The notes under the pieces are model-generated. The model had not been told where the DNA came from. It worked only from the letters and a program-made list of their open reading frames with translations, and did not search any database. Of a stretch of DNA of 64,000 bases, positions 38,530-51,384 are shown one piece after another; the first letter of the stretch is position 1; each line of letters begins with the position of its first letter. Location: positions 56,868,960 to 56,932,959 of the forward strand of contig NC_068996.1 of assembly GCF_001194135.2 (NCBI RefSeq), written 5' to 3'. Made by a program: the position numbers and the translations under genes. Source of the stretch: Octopus bimaculoides (lineage: Eukaryota).

Positions 38530-39692
38530 TCATCATCATTATCATCGTCATCAACATCATGTAACATCCATCTTCCATACTGGCATGGGTTGGACTGGCC
38601 AGTGGCCACACCAGGTTCCATAGTTTGTTTTGGCATGGTTTCTATGGCTGGATGTCCTTCCTATCACCAACCAATCCACAGAGTGTCTTTTACGTGACAC
38701 CATCATCAGTGCTTCTTAAGTGGCACCAGCCCCCACACCAATGCTTTTCGTGTGGCCTTTGGTTTTAGGATCTCAATTCTGTTATGGTGGGCAAGTCTTC
38801 TCAAGTATAGCAATGCACCACATATCTTCTGTCAGCTTCTTTATTAGGTTCAGCATTTTGAGACCATCCTTTAAAACTCCATCCCATATCTTCCTTCCCC
38901 CTCCTTTTCCATAACTTCCCTCCACTTTAAGTGATCAGCAACTGTCCTCATTCATCCGCATCACATGATCTAGTCACAACAGTCACCTTTCTTATATACT
39001 GCGTATAATTCCTCTATAATACCCAACTTCTCCCTCAAATACACCAATACTCTGTCACACATGCACACTGACATTGCGCATCCAGTAGCACACACTAGCT
39101 TCATCCCTCTCCAGCCTTAGCATGTCCTCCACATTCAGGACCACACGTGATATTATAGTTTGTACACATGCATCATACAATCTTCCTTAAGAGAGAGAGA
39201 TCTTTAGTTGCTAGTAGAGATGAAAGTTCCTAGAACTTTCTCCATCCTATTCTTTTTCTGGCAATTACACTTTCTGTACAACCTCCTCCACTGCTAATTA
39301 GGTCACCTGGGTAGCAAAAATCATCTACAACTTCCAGAGAGCCACCAGGACATTTAAGGAAATCACTTTTCCACGTATCTGTGGTTCCAGTACATCTTCC
39401 ACATACAAACATTACTTTCTCTGTTAATCTTATTATTATTCCACTGAACCTCTTGTGTGTCCATACCTTGCACTCGGCACACTGAATTTTTACCTATCCC
39501 CTTCCTACATATCAAGCAGGGTAACTTAGTGGAAAGGGGAAGAGTCCTGTCCAATTTCTTGTTCACTAGGACTCTGCTGGTTTTTGCTAATTAAGGCCCT
39601 TTGACTCCATGTGCTGTTTCCACATTGAAATTTCTTTTCTAATTCTGTTACAGATTCTGATATGAGGGAAAGGTCATCAGCATATAGGAGTT
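38530..39692 (-). mobile_element. 5'-truncated RTE LINE from the RT YADD motif to the 3' tail, with a PHD-like insert
   Basis: ELLYADDL at 39670-39693, PCLIC..CAEC..WTHKR..CGRC, EVVDDFCYPG..GGGC, RGRRKIW-type C-terminus and (ATG)n tail. Confidence 0.9.
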
Positions 39693-39703
39693 CTTATGAA
39701 TGT

Positions 39704-39751
<48 letters not shown>

Positions 39752-39833
39752 AACAGGAGAGTACTAGTTATGCTCAGTATAGAAAGCACGTAGTAATGCT
39801 GAAATGAATTTGAACTCTGGGCTCTTCATCTAG

Positions 39834-39877
39834 CACTATTCCCATGGCATCAAGAGTAGCTGTAGGAGAAATCCAAG
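39834..39877 (+). CDS. Candidate 44-nt exon (HYSHGIKSSCRRNP+AG), phase 0 to 2
   Basis: Acceptor ctcttcatctag, donor CAAG|gtgagc. The terminal AG joins the first A of exon 42678 to give Arg in that exon's only open frame. Confidence 0.45.
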
Positions 39878-39980
39878 GTGAGCAGATTATGGAGATAGTG
39901 ATAATGCAGATAAGCACCATTAGGCTAGACATACAATATATACATACATAGACATATATACCAATATATATTTGGAATGA

Positions 39981-40447
39981 TGCAGTAAATTCCACTCAAA
40001 CAGAACAGCCATTGTTGAAGTGGCTACAAACATTACTTGTTAGTACAACTACTGCTCTGATCTCTTAGAGAGATTTTAGAACTAGCTTTTTAGCTTGTTG
40101 CAAAATCAGCGACTGTGTGTCACTTAAATTTATTTTTATTTCTAGCTATTACCAACTCTAGCAGACAAAGTGTCCATTACTGATGAGAGGCAGAAATAGC
40201 TTGAAACCAGGACTGGACTGCTGGTCCCATCACTAGAAGGTGGTAGGGTTTTCTTCCCCTGCTCACAATATATCAGATGCAGCTGTGCATCGTTAAACAG
40301 CTAGAAGAGATGACCCCATGGAGTTAAAAAATTGCAGTAAATTCCACACGAACGGAAAAGTCATGCTGAAGTGGCTACAAATATTACTTGATAGTACAAC
40401 TACTGCAATCATCACTTAGAGAGATTTTAGAACTAGCTTTTTAGCTT
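39981..40447 (+). mobile_element. Partially tandem ~352-bp unit (retrozyme/Penelope-like)
   Basis: ~116-bp direct repeats at 39981-40096 and 40333-40447, with a hammerhead fold between them. Confidence 0.55.
40174..40224 (+). ncRNA. Type I hammerhead ribozyme-like motif, probably inactivated
   Basis: ccatta CTGATGA g aggc agaaata gctt GAAA cca ggac tgg AC tgctgg. Core boxes are intact and stems I-III can be drawn, but U16.1 is replaced by A. Confidence 0.5.
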
Positions 40448-41522
40448 ATATATATGTATATTGGCTATATAGTCTAACTCATTTCCATCTTTTCTTGTTT
40501 TATTTGTGAAGGAGGGTTTACCTTGGTCTCCTACAGTATGTACACATTGGAGGATTCTTCTAGACAGTAAATGTCAAATTTCACTCATGATTGCAAGTCA
40601 ACATGCTACTTGAAATGCTTTAACACTTTTCAAGACACTGTATAATGTTTGATACTATATGTCTGCACTGACTGATATTTTTCATCATTGCAGATAGGCT
40701 GTGCATCAAAGGATCAATGTCTTTATTGCATATTGTAGCCTCATAAATTTAAAGAGAAAAATAATGTATACACATATATACAAGGGTACACACATATACA
40801 TGTGTGCATATTCATGCATGCAGACATAATTTTCACACACACAGCTATGTGCACACAGACACTTATACATGATGTATACATGCACACAAATGGATTCACC
40901 CATCCACATATACACACTCACACACATAGATAGTTGTGTGTGTATCTCAATGTTATAAAAAAAGGTGAATATTTCACAGAACTAATTAATGGTAAACTCA
41001 TTGGGTTATTTTTGAAAATTTTATCCAAAAAACCTAAAAGTGTATCCTCCTGTGTTGTGTCTGTACGGAAATATATTCACTCATCTGCTAATCATCGAAA
41101 AGTAAAGGAAATTGGAATACGATGATTACTTAATGCACTTTATATATATACATTATATACTTTATGCACAATTTTATAGACTTTAATACACAACACTCAA
41201 AATAAATATTCACTCTTATTTTTGCATTTTTCTTATGAACAAAAGAAAATCTTATATATACATAGACTTAGGAGTGGCTGTGTGGATAGGCGTAGGAGTG
41301 GTTGTGTGGTAAGTAGTTTGCTTACATGGTTTCGGGTTCAGTCCCACTGCATGACACCTTGGGCAAGTGTCTTCTACTATAGCCTCTATGTCAGCTAATC
41401 TTGGCTTTCTTTTATAGTTACTCTTAATACTGTGGACCTTGTCCTGGATTGAAGAGTTCAGAGATGAAATTCGTCTGAGCACTACTGCATGTTTTCTATT
41501 CTGAGCTTATTTAACTCTCACC

Positions 41523-41561
<39 letters not shown>

Positions 41562-41585
41562 TGTAGGTGTGTGTGTATGTGTGTG

Positions 41586-41627
<42 letters not shown>

Positions 41628-42478
41628 GATCAACAGACACAAAGATAGATATATGTTTGTGTGCACATATGGTGCTTGTGTGAGTTCATATATATTTTTC
41701 GTTACCCTTTGTTGGTTTCATGAAATGTTCTTTGCTTGCAGTCCACCATGAAACACGTTCAGGGTACCTGTTGTTTGAGCGAGTGGAGGGAAGATTATTA
41801 CCGTACTTGAAAACAAGATAGCATTGTGGACCCAAATGGCATCCAGCTGTAGAAACTATTCTCTAATGTATTTTCATTTGAATTGTGCAAATATAGAACA
41901 GCAGATAATAAAACAATGATGGTGATGATGATGATGATGATCAAACCCTGCTCAAGGAAAATAAGAATCAGATATTAAATTGGAGTAAGGTTCTGATCTA
42001 ACCAATCTATCAGACATAGCTTTTTTTTTTTATCCCATGTAGGGGTTCCTATAAGTATAGCTACTGTCAAGGCAGTGAGCTAGCACAATCATTTGAGTGT
42101 CAGTGGAAACACTTTACAATTTTTCTTCTACTTCTTTATATTCTGAGTTCTAATCCTGCCAAGGTCAACTTTGGTTTTCATTCTTTTGGAGTTGGTTAAA
42201 TAAAGTACCAGTCTAAGAATGGACATCAATGGTACTGGCTAGTCCCCTTTACTGGACTTATGCCTAAATCGTAAACTATTATTATGACTACTATTCATAG
42301 TTTCATAGCTCCACAGTTTCAATATCATTGATAACAGATCTATATTTATTCAGCTTTTCAACCTTCTTACTTAACTGCAATATTTTATTATTTACTTCTG
42401 GCTATTTTTTTATTCTTTTATTTTATTGTTATTAATTTTTTTTATATATTGCCTATAGTAGAAAGGATTATTATTTTT

Positions 42479-42522
<44 letters not shown>

Positions 42523-42677
42523 GTTTTTGCTGTGTCATAAAAACAAGGGTTGGTTTTATATTTATATATTTATTTGGTGTTTCATGGTTACCCCTGAGTG
42601 GTTTTAGCTAACTTCTTGCTGCTATGTGTAACTATATATCTCACAGAATTAGTATATTCCACCATTTTTTTTCACAG

Positions 42678-42778
42678 ACCGCATGTAGAGTATACTTTAT
42701 ATGATTTAATAAAGATAAGGTCTGGTAGGCCTCCATACAAACCTTCCAGTGTAGGTACCCAGCTCCCATATGGCTTAT
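42678..42778 (+). CDS. Exon of unidentified host gene (xPHVEYTLYDLIKIRSGRPPYKPSSVGTQLPYGL+T), phase 2 to 1
   Basis: Strong acceptor ttttttttcacag and donor TAT|gtaagc. Only one frame is open across the 101 nt. Unique, protein-like sequence. Confidence 0.65.
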
Positions 42779-43025
42779 GTAAGCATTAATGTTTACTACT
42801 ACAGGGCATACAACAAGAACAGGATCAACTTTCTCTTATAGCTATGCACACACACGTAGTATTTATAAAGTTTCTTTACATTCAAAGTTCAAATCTCACT
42901 GAGTCAATGTTGTCATACATCCTTTTGGGGTAAATATAAAAAAAGTACCAGTCAACTAATGGGGGCTAATGTAATCAATTTAGCCCCTCACCAAAAATTG
43001 CTAGCTGTGTGTCAAAATTTGAAGC

Positions 43026-43059
<34 letters not shown>

Positions 43060-43320
43060 GTTCAGTAGTTTTATTTTTATAACGTGCTTTCACTTCACTA
43101 CCGAGTGCAGCTTTGTGTGCCTTGGGTATGTGCTGTGATTCTACATTCGAGTTACCTCTATTTCCAGGTCTTTGTATTTTGAAAGTTTCTCCATTTCTTT
43201 TAGGGAAACATTGTCATCTGCTGGAACTGATACATCAATTAGAAAGCATTTTTTTTCCTTCATGATCTTTGACAACTATATCGAGCCCATTGGCCTTAAT
43301 TTCTCTATCTATGTGATTCT
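43060..43320 (-). mobile_element. Short R4/Dong-like LINE 3' fragment between microsatellites
   Basis: HIDREIKANGLDIVVKDHEGKKCFLIDVSVPADDNVSLKEMEKLSKYKDLEIEVTRM. Confidence 0.85.
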
Positions 43321-43351
43321 TCTTCTTCTTCTTCTTTTTCTTCTTCTTCTT

Positions 43352-43422
<71 letters not shown>

Positions 43423-43444
43423 NNNNNNNNNNTTCTTCTTCTTC

Positions 43445-43529
<85 letters not shown>

Positions 43530-43789
43530 GATGAAGGTGGTGAGCAGGCAGAATTCTTAGCATGCCAGGTAAAATGGTTAGTGGCATTTTGTCTGTCTTT
43601 ACATTTTTAAAGTTCAAATGCCACAGAGGTTGACTGTCTTTTATCGTTTCAGAGTTGATAAAATAAATACCAGTTGAGTACTGGGGTCGATGTAATCAGC
43701 TATTCCCTTCTCCCAAAGTCTCAGGTATTGTGCCTATAACAGAAAGGATTATTATTATTATTTTCTTCATGTTATTTTCATTGCTGTTG

Positions 43790-44452
43790 ATGCTTAACAC
43801 AGCAATATTCCTGGGGGAAATAACAAACCAGTTGGACTAAGGTAACACTCTTTATTCAGATTTTGAGAGCTCTGCAGAAGATTCTTGCAGTTCCAAGCAA
43901 CCCTATTTTCTGTAGACATTACGTTTTCATATTTACTCCTTTATTTGCAATCTGAGAATTTGAGAAATTGGTAATTTTAGTACCCAAAGCCCCCAACAAC
44001 AGCAACAGATATAACATTCAACTTCTTCAGTGACTACAGTCTTTTTATTTCCTACTTCAAATCATAATTTCTGACCTACTGCTCTTCTTCTCTTTCCAAT
44101 ATTTTGTCATCCTCAAGGCATCCAATATTTATAATTAAACAGATTTTTGCCTCTTCATACCACTATGTCCAGCTTTTAATTAGCTATTTCATGATCATGA
44201 TTGATCATTACATCCTACACTATCTTTACCTTGTCATTCTCAGTTTCTGGGATTTGCCCTTACTATGCCTTTGCTCTATGCAATCCATACTTGCCACACA
44301 TTTCACAATGAATCATTCTTACATTACTCTCTCTTTGTGTTCTTTCTCAGCCAGCTTTACCATTCATTCACAACATGTCATACAGTCTCTCATTTACCAC
44401 ACAACCTGCACTTGTCACTTTCTGCCATATTATCCATCTTGCTACTCTCTAC
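43790..44452 (-). mobile_element. Decayed R4/Dong-like LINE 3' part after (AAT)n
   Basis: SDKCRLCGK*ETV*HVV..ENDKVKIV..KLDIVV..CLIINIGCLED. Confidence 0.75.
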
Positions 44453-44454
44453 AC

Positions 44455-44533
<79 letters not shown>

Positions 44534-44905
44534 NNNNNNNNNNNNNNNNNNNNNNNNNNNNNNNNNNNNNNNNNNNNNNNNNNNNNNNNNNNNNNNNNNN
44601 NNNNNNNNNNNNNNNNNNNNNNNNNNNNNNNNNNNNNNNNNNNNNNNNNNNNNNNNNNNNNNNNNNNNNNNNNNNNNNNNNNNNNNNNNNNNNNNNNNNN
44701 NNNNNNNNNNNNNNNNNNNNNNNNNNNNNNNNNNNNNNNNNNNNNNNNNNNNNNNNNNNNNNNNNNNNNNNNNNNNNNNNNNNNNNNTGCCGAGGTCAAC
44801 TTTGCCTTTCATCCTTTTGGGGTCAATAAAATAAGTACATTGGGGTTGATGCAATCGACTTACCACTTGGCACAAATTTCAGGCTTTGTATCTATAGTAG
44901 AAAGG

Positions 44906-44943
<38 letters not shown>

Positions 44944-44989
44944 AATACATTGTTAGTCTGTTCTGGTGAACTTGCAGATTGAGGACTAC

Positions 44990-45180
44990 TATAGATAATT
45001 ATTAGAAGCAATTGGCCTGGCAGAGCTACTAAAGGGGGCTACGAATTTCAGATAAACTCTACATGCCTGAAAATGTCAGATGGGTTTGTCCAGGATGTGC
45101 GCATTGTGACAAAACTATTCTGCACACATTCATTGATTGTCCAGGCATTGCTGACTCATAGACTTATAAAGATCAGCTGC
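44990..45180 (+). mobile_element. L1/Tx1-like LINE C-terminal (zf-RVT) remnant; a similar family is probably at ~25930-26400(-)
   Basis: LAWQSY..LRISDKL..CPGC..TILHTFIDC. Confidence 0.55.
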
Positions 45181-46092
45181 AATAGCAGCAGTGGTTGTTG
45201 TTGTTGTTGATGATGATGATGATGATGTGCCATACTTTATTCCTGATTGAAAGAACTATGATCACAAATATGTTTTAGTCATGACCATCTTGTCTTTTGA
45301 GGAATATCTCAGAACTAAATCTTACCATATATGGCTTGGTGGTTTGTCCCATGTTTCGACTAAATATTATATTTTTTCTGAATTGGTTGGTTGGTTGGTT
45401 GGCTGGTTGGTTGGCGAGTTCTCATCAGTTAACTAGAGAAGAGCTAAGAACAATAAAGTATGCATTGCCTTGTCCAACAATGAAAGCACAACTTTATGAT
45501 TGTAAGCTAAACACTCAAACCAATGTTGGTTCTATGTACCTTGAGATTTGGATTCTGATTTGAGTGAGATCTGGCTACTATTTCTTATTCAGTGGCTGCA
45601 TATGGCTTCCTGGGTAGTAAGGGTATGCTGATTGTAACTGGAATGATGACAGCAGGAGGTGATGGTAGTGGTGATGATGTGATGATGGGGTGGATGCAGT
45701 TGTGATGATGGAGGTGGTGGTGGTGATACTAGTAGTTGATGGCAAAAATAACGATTACAGCCACTATTAACCCTGGGTCAGCCCTGAATTTCCATATACC
45801 CCCACCTCCCCACACTACCTTGATCCCACCTTATTTTCAGACATAATGTTTCATGTATTTAAAACTACATTATCCAGCCTGCTTTTTTCATTCTTAAACA
45901 GTAGCATGTGATTTGAGGAATATTTGGCTTCTATTTCCAGCAAGTCAAGACCATAATGAGTATTCCTCATTAGATCATCATTCATTTTTATTCAACCCAC
46001 TTTGCTGTATTTTTGTCATTTGAACAAACAGTAAAACTATTTACTCATATGAAGCTTGATCTCTGTATTTTCAAGTTTGCTATTTGAATGTA

Positions 46093-46479
46093 CAGTAGAA
46101 CCTCACAGTACGAGTGCCCCATTGTACGAGTAATTTGCTGTACGAGCTGAGATTTGTGCAAATTTTTGTCTTGAAGTACAAGCGGAGATCCGCAGTACGA
46201 GCACACAAATCGTCCCATCTGTAACATAATTCAGTTAATAAAACCAGTATACATATTTCTTTTGCATCCTCTTTTTTATAATTGTCATTTTATTTGTAAC
46301 TACACCTTTTCTGTTTTAAAACCCATAAAAAATTATTTTGGGTTATTTTTTTGTGGGCTGGAATGGATTAATTATATTTTAGTTAGTTTCAGTGGGGAAA
46401 ATTCATTTGTAAAATGAGTAAATAGTAAGACAAGCTCAGTCATGGAACAAATTAAACTTGTACTGCGAAGTATCAATTG
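46093..46479. mobile_element. 387-bp pogo/Tigger-type MITE
   Basis: TA-flanked imperfect TIRs cagtagaacctcacagtacgag / RC caattgatacttcgcagtacaag, with repeated gtacgag subterminal motifs. Confidence 0.75.
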
Positions 46480-46994
46480 TATCTGAAATAATACTGTGCA
46501 TTAATTATTAATTATGGCTGTTTCAATGCATCAATTCTATCTACACCAGGGCTTTAATTTTATATATATGGTTAGGTTATTTGGCTCATGATCATAAAGT
46601 CGCAAGTTCGATTCCTGATGGCACATTATATCCTTGGACAAGACACTTTGTGTTGTGGAAGATATCCCGAGTGAGAGAAATGGGTGGTATCAGCTGGCAG
46701 GGTACACCGTTCGGGCTAGTTACGGCAGACAATGAAATACGTTGTTATAATGCAGGACATATCAGTGTCGAGCAAGACAGAACAGTGGCAATGAGGATTC
46801 AAACTATATGCAGTGGAAAATATTAAAAATCCTGTTGACGAAAGATTCAAACACATGCAAGACATAACAGTGGCGACGAGAAGTCAAAAACAATGACCAC
46901 AGAATACAACAGTAGAAATGAGGATTCTAATTTCACGCTCTCCACAACAGTGGGACTCAGAAAAAAAAAGAGGGAAAAAAAATAAAAGGGTTAA

Positions 46995-47714
46995 TATCTA
47001 GATCTGCACCTGGTGGGAAAAATGAAAGCCAAAACCGTGTGAATTTTCCGAGCCCTCTCCCTCGCACCTCGTTTGTCAGCGTGCATTTTTTCTTAGTATT
47101 TGTTGAATATACATTACATTAGATGTATTAGACAACTTCTGTTTCACTCCTGTGACTGGGTGTTGAGGTTTAGTGCTTGGATTCTGTAGGGTTGATCCTG
47201 TGAATTTTTCACCCCCCCCCCCTCGTTTGTCAGCTTGCACTTTTTTCGTCATATTCCTTTAANNNNNNNNNNNNNNNNNNNNNNNNNNNNNNNNNNNNNN
47301 NNNNNNNNNNNNNNNNNNNNNNNNNNNNNNNNNNNNNNNNNNNNNNNNNNNNNNNNNNNNNNNNNNNNNNNNNNNNNNNNNNNNNNNNNNNNNNNNNNNN
47401 NNNNNNNNNNNNNNNNNNNNNNNNNNNNNNNNNNNNNNNNNNNNNNNNNNNNNNNNNNNNNNNNNNNNNNNNNNNNNNNNNNNNNNNNNNNNNNNNNNNN
47501 NNNNNNNATGTATTAGACAACTTCTGTTTCACTCCTGTGACTGGGTGTTGAGGTTTAGTGCTTGGATTCTGTAGGGTTGATCCTGTGAATTTTTCCCCCC
47601 CCCCCCCTCGTTTGTCAGCTTGCACTTTTTTCGTCATATTCCTTTAATATACGGTGCATTATGACTGTTACACATTTTGGTTTTCATTTTTCCCACCGGA
47701 TGTGGATCTAGATA
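46995..47714. mobile_element. TIR-bounded element flanked by TTAA with internal ~160-bp repeats; spans a gap
   Basis: ~50-bp TIRs tatctagatctgcacctggtgggaaaaatgaaagccaaaa / RC tatctagatccacatccggtgggaaaaatgaaaaccaaaa. Confidence 0.65.
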
Positions 47715-47902
47715 TTAACCAAAAAAACTGGATGTTAAAATAATGATGATGATACACACATAGACACGGATGTCTACCATATTTCATGCAAGGAAGAGGC
47801 TTTGTCAACTAAACCTATGATAAAAGACACATCTCCACTGCTCTGCTCTGCATTGTAGCATCAAATCTGAAAGCAATAGAAATGGCTTAGCCACACAGCT
47901 CC

Positions 47903-47944
<42 letters not shown>

Positions 47945-49225
47945 TCTCCCTGCCCTTTCTCTCCCTAATTATCTACTTATATCTCTATCTGTCTGTACCT
48001 ATCTACTTTATCAATCAATCTACGTGTAATCAGTTATATTTCCATTTAACTATTTATCAAGTTGTTTGTTGTCTGCATATCTCTCAATCTGTTCATCCGT
48101 AAATTAATAACTTTGTTGTTCTTCTTCTTCTTTGCCTTCTTCCTCATCCACATTAAGCTCAGAGAACTCTTTGGATCCAACTGGAGAATTCCATTGTATT
48201 AGACAACTTCTGTTTCACTCCTGTGACTGGGTGTTGAGGTTTAGTGCTTGGNNNNNNNNNNNNNNNNNNNNNNNNNNNNNNNNNNNNNNNNNNNNNNNNN
48301 NNNNNNNNNNNNNNNNNNNNNNNNNNNNNNNNNNNNNNNNNNNNNNNNNNNNNNNNNNNNNNNNNNNNNNNNNNNNNNNNNNNNNNNNNNNNNNNNNNNN
48401 NNNNNNNNNNNNNNNNNNNNNNNNNNNNNNNNNNNNNNNNNNNNNNNNNNNNNNNNNNNNNNNNNNNNNNNNNNNNNNNNNNNNNNNNNNNNNNNNNNNN
48501 NNNNNNNNNNNNNNATATATATATATTATATATATATTTACACACATACATATGTATATATGTATGTGTACATACATGATATATATGTGTGTGTGTATCC
48601 TACTAATAGCCCCTACACACTTACAGTCCCGCCCACACACACATATCCACTATAACCACCACCACCACCACCACTGCTAAATTTCTGGTGATGAGAGTTA
48701 TAGTTTAATGTTGCCCTATGTTTCTCTTGTGTGTCTCAAACCTTTCATGTTTAGAATTTCACTCAAGCATATAAAACAGCAATGTTTATTTTACTCTCTT
48801 AAAGACTATCTGACTGTGTGTCTTAGTTGATGTCACTGTTTGTTTAACATCGTTTTATTCTAATCCATTTCTTGTTGCGTGGACACAATATAGAGGAACG
48901 GTGGCTCCATTCTCCTCCGTGTTTGCTCTTCTATTTGTCATTTGAATCCATTCCTCCAATTACACTGTTTACTTTGCTTAATAAAACTGACAGTGCAATG
49001 TCTCATCTGTCTTTTTTTCTTCTCTCTCTTGTTTCCTCCCTTATGTTCTCTTACTCAAATAACAATAATAACAGTCTCCCACTCTCTCCCTCAGTGAGTG
49101 TGTGTGTGTCATATATATAATATATATATATATATAATATATAATATATATGTATATATATATATATATATNNNNNNNNNNNNNNNNNNNNNNNNNNNNN
49201 NNNNNNNNNNNNNNNNNNNNNNNNN

Positions 49226-49268
<43 letters not shown>

Positions 49269-49272
<4 letters not shown>

Positions 49273-49371
49273 ATATAAATTTAATGAATGGAGTAGAACG
49301 CATATGTTAACTGCATAGAAAGTATGCAGTTAACATATGCGTTCTATTCCATTCATTAAATTTATATATAC
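49269..49371. repeat. Near-perfect palindrome: 49-bp arms, 5-nt loop GAAAG
   Basis: Arms match except one position (a G.U pair on the + strand). Confidence 0.95.
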
Positions 49372-50305
49372 TCAATTACCCAAAATAACAAGGAGTTTCT
49401 ACCTCATAAACAGGAGTTACACCACAGTCATTTTGTGATCTTTACTACCCTGGTATCTATTAACCAATTTATTTTGTCCAAATTATTTATTAATTAGGAG
49501 AAAATAAATACATACAATAAAATATATATANNNNNNNNNNCCCCATATGTGGTTGCAACATAAATGGGGAATATAACATGGGTCGTGTATTAGCATGTGT
49601 ATATATAAAAAAGAGTGAGATAAAGAGACCAATGGCATAAACAAATTTATATTTTATGTAGAATGTCTTATGTGTGTGTATATATGTGTGTGTGTGTGTG
49701 TATGTGTGTATATGTGTGTGTATATATGTATGTATATATATATATATATCATCATCATCATCATCGTCATTGAATGTTCGCTTTCCATGCTAGCATGGGT
49801 TGGACAATTTGACTGAGGACTGGTGAACCAGATGGCTACACCAGGCTCCAATCTGTTTTGGCAGAGTTTCTACAGCTGGATGCCCTTCCTAACGCCAACC
49901 ACTCCAAGAGTGTAGTGGGTGCTTTTACGTGCCACCGGCATGAGGTCCAGTCAGGCAGTACTGGCAACGGCCATGCTCAAATGGTGCTTTTTAAGTGCCA
50001 CCTGCACAGTAGCCAGTCTAGCAGCACTGGCAACAACTTCACTTGAATGTTTTTCACATGCCACCGGCACAAGTGCCATTAGGGCGATGCTGGAAACGAT
50101 CAGGCTCAAATGGTGCTTTTTATGTGCCACCGGCATGGAAGCTACACATCTGCTCTGGCAGTGATCATGCTCGGATGGTGGTGTTAGCACTCCACTGGCA
50201 TGGGTACCAGTCATCAAATTTGGTTCAATTTCGATTTCACTTGCCTCAACAAATCTTTGCAAACAGAGTTTAGTGTCCACTGAAGGAAAGGTTGGCATGG
50301 GTGCC

Positions 50306-50367
<62 letters not shown>

Positions 50368-50794
50368 TTATATTTATGTATATATTAATATTATATTGGT
50401 TGAAAAACTTTGATAATGCATTCAGCACAAGTGTTGTATTTGTAATATGGTTCCCTGATGATAAAATTATATGTATATACCAGCATCTCTTATTCCTTTC
50501 GAGTAGAGCGCACATATATTTTGAAACATATGTAGGATTTAAAGGAACTTATTGATTATATGCATTTTGCTCCATTTATTATTATTCTATATATATATAT
50601 GTATGTATAACTTACTTGGAAATGGATACATGGCATTCGATCATATAATAATATAAATAATATAGATATATATATGCATATATACATATATGTACATACC
50701 TTCATATATATGTATATACACATGTATATATGAGTACAGGCATCAAAAAACCTGAACATGAAAAAAATGACAACATGAAAAACATGCCTATGTA

Positions 50795-50850
<56 letters not shown>

Positions 50851-51326
50851 AAAAAAACAATAACAAAAAAACAAAAAAACAACAAAGTGAGGACGTGATA
50901 TGGATAGTATTATTGGACGCTCAGGAAAGGAAAGAGATNNNNNNNNNNNNNNNNNNNNNNNNNNNNNNNNNNNNNNNNNNNNNNNNNNNNNNNNNNNNNN
51001 NNNNNNNNNNNNNNNNNNNNNNNNNNNNNNNNNNNNNNNNNNNNNNNNNNNNNNNNNNNNNNNNNNNNNNNNNNNNNNNNNNNNNNNNNNNNNNNNNNNN
51101 NNNNNNNNNNNNNNNNNNNNNNNNNNNNNNNNNNNNNNNNNNNNNNNNNNNNNNNNNNNNNNNNNNNNNNNNNNNNNNNNNNNNNNNNNNNNNNNNNNNN
51201 NNNNNNNNNNNNNNNNNNNNNNNNNNNNNNNNNNNNNNNNNNNNNNNNNNNNNNNNNNNNNNNNNNNNNNNNNNNNNNNNNNNNNNNNNNNNNNNNNNNN
51301 NNNNNNNNNNNNNNNNNNNNNNNNNN

Positions 51327-51384
<58 letters not shown>

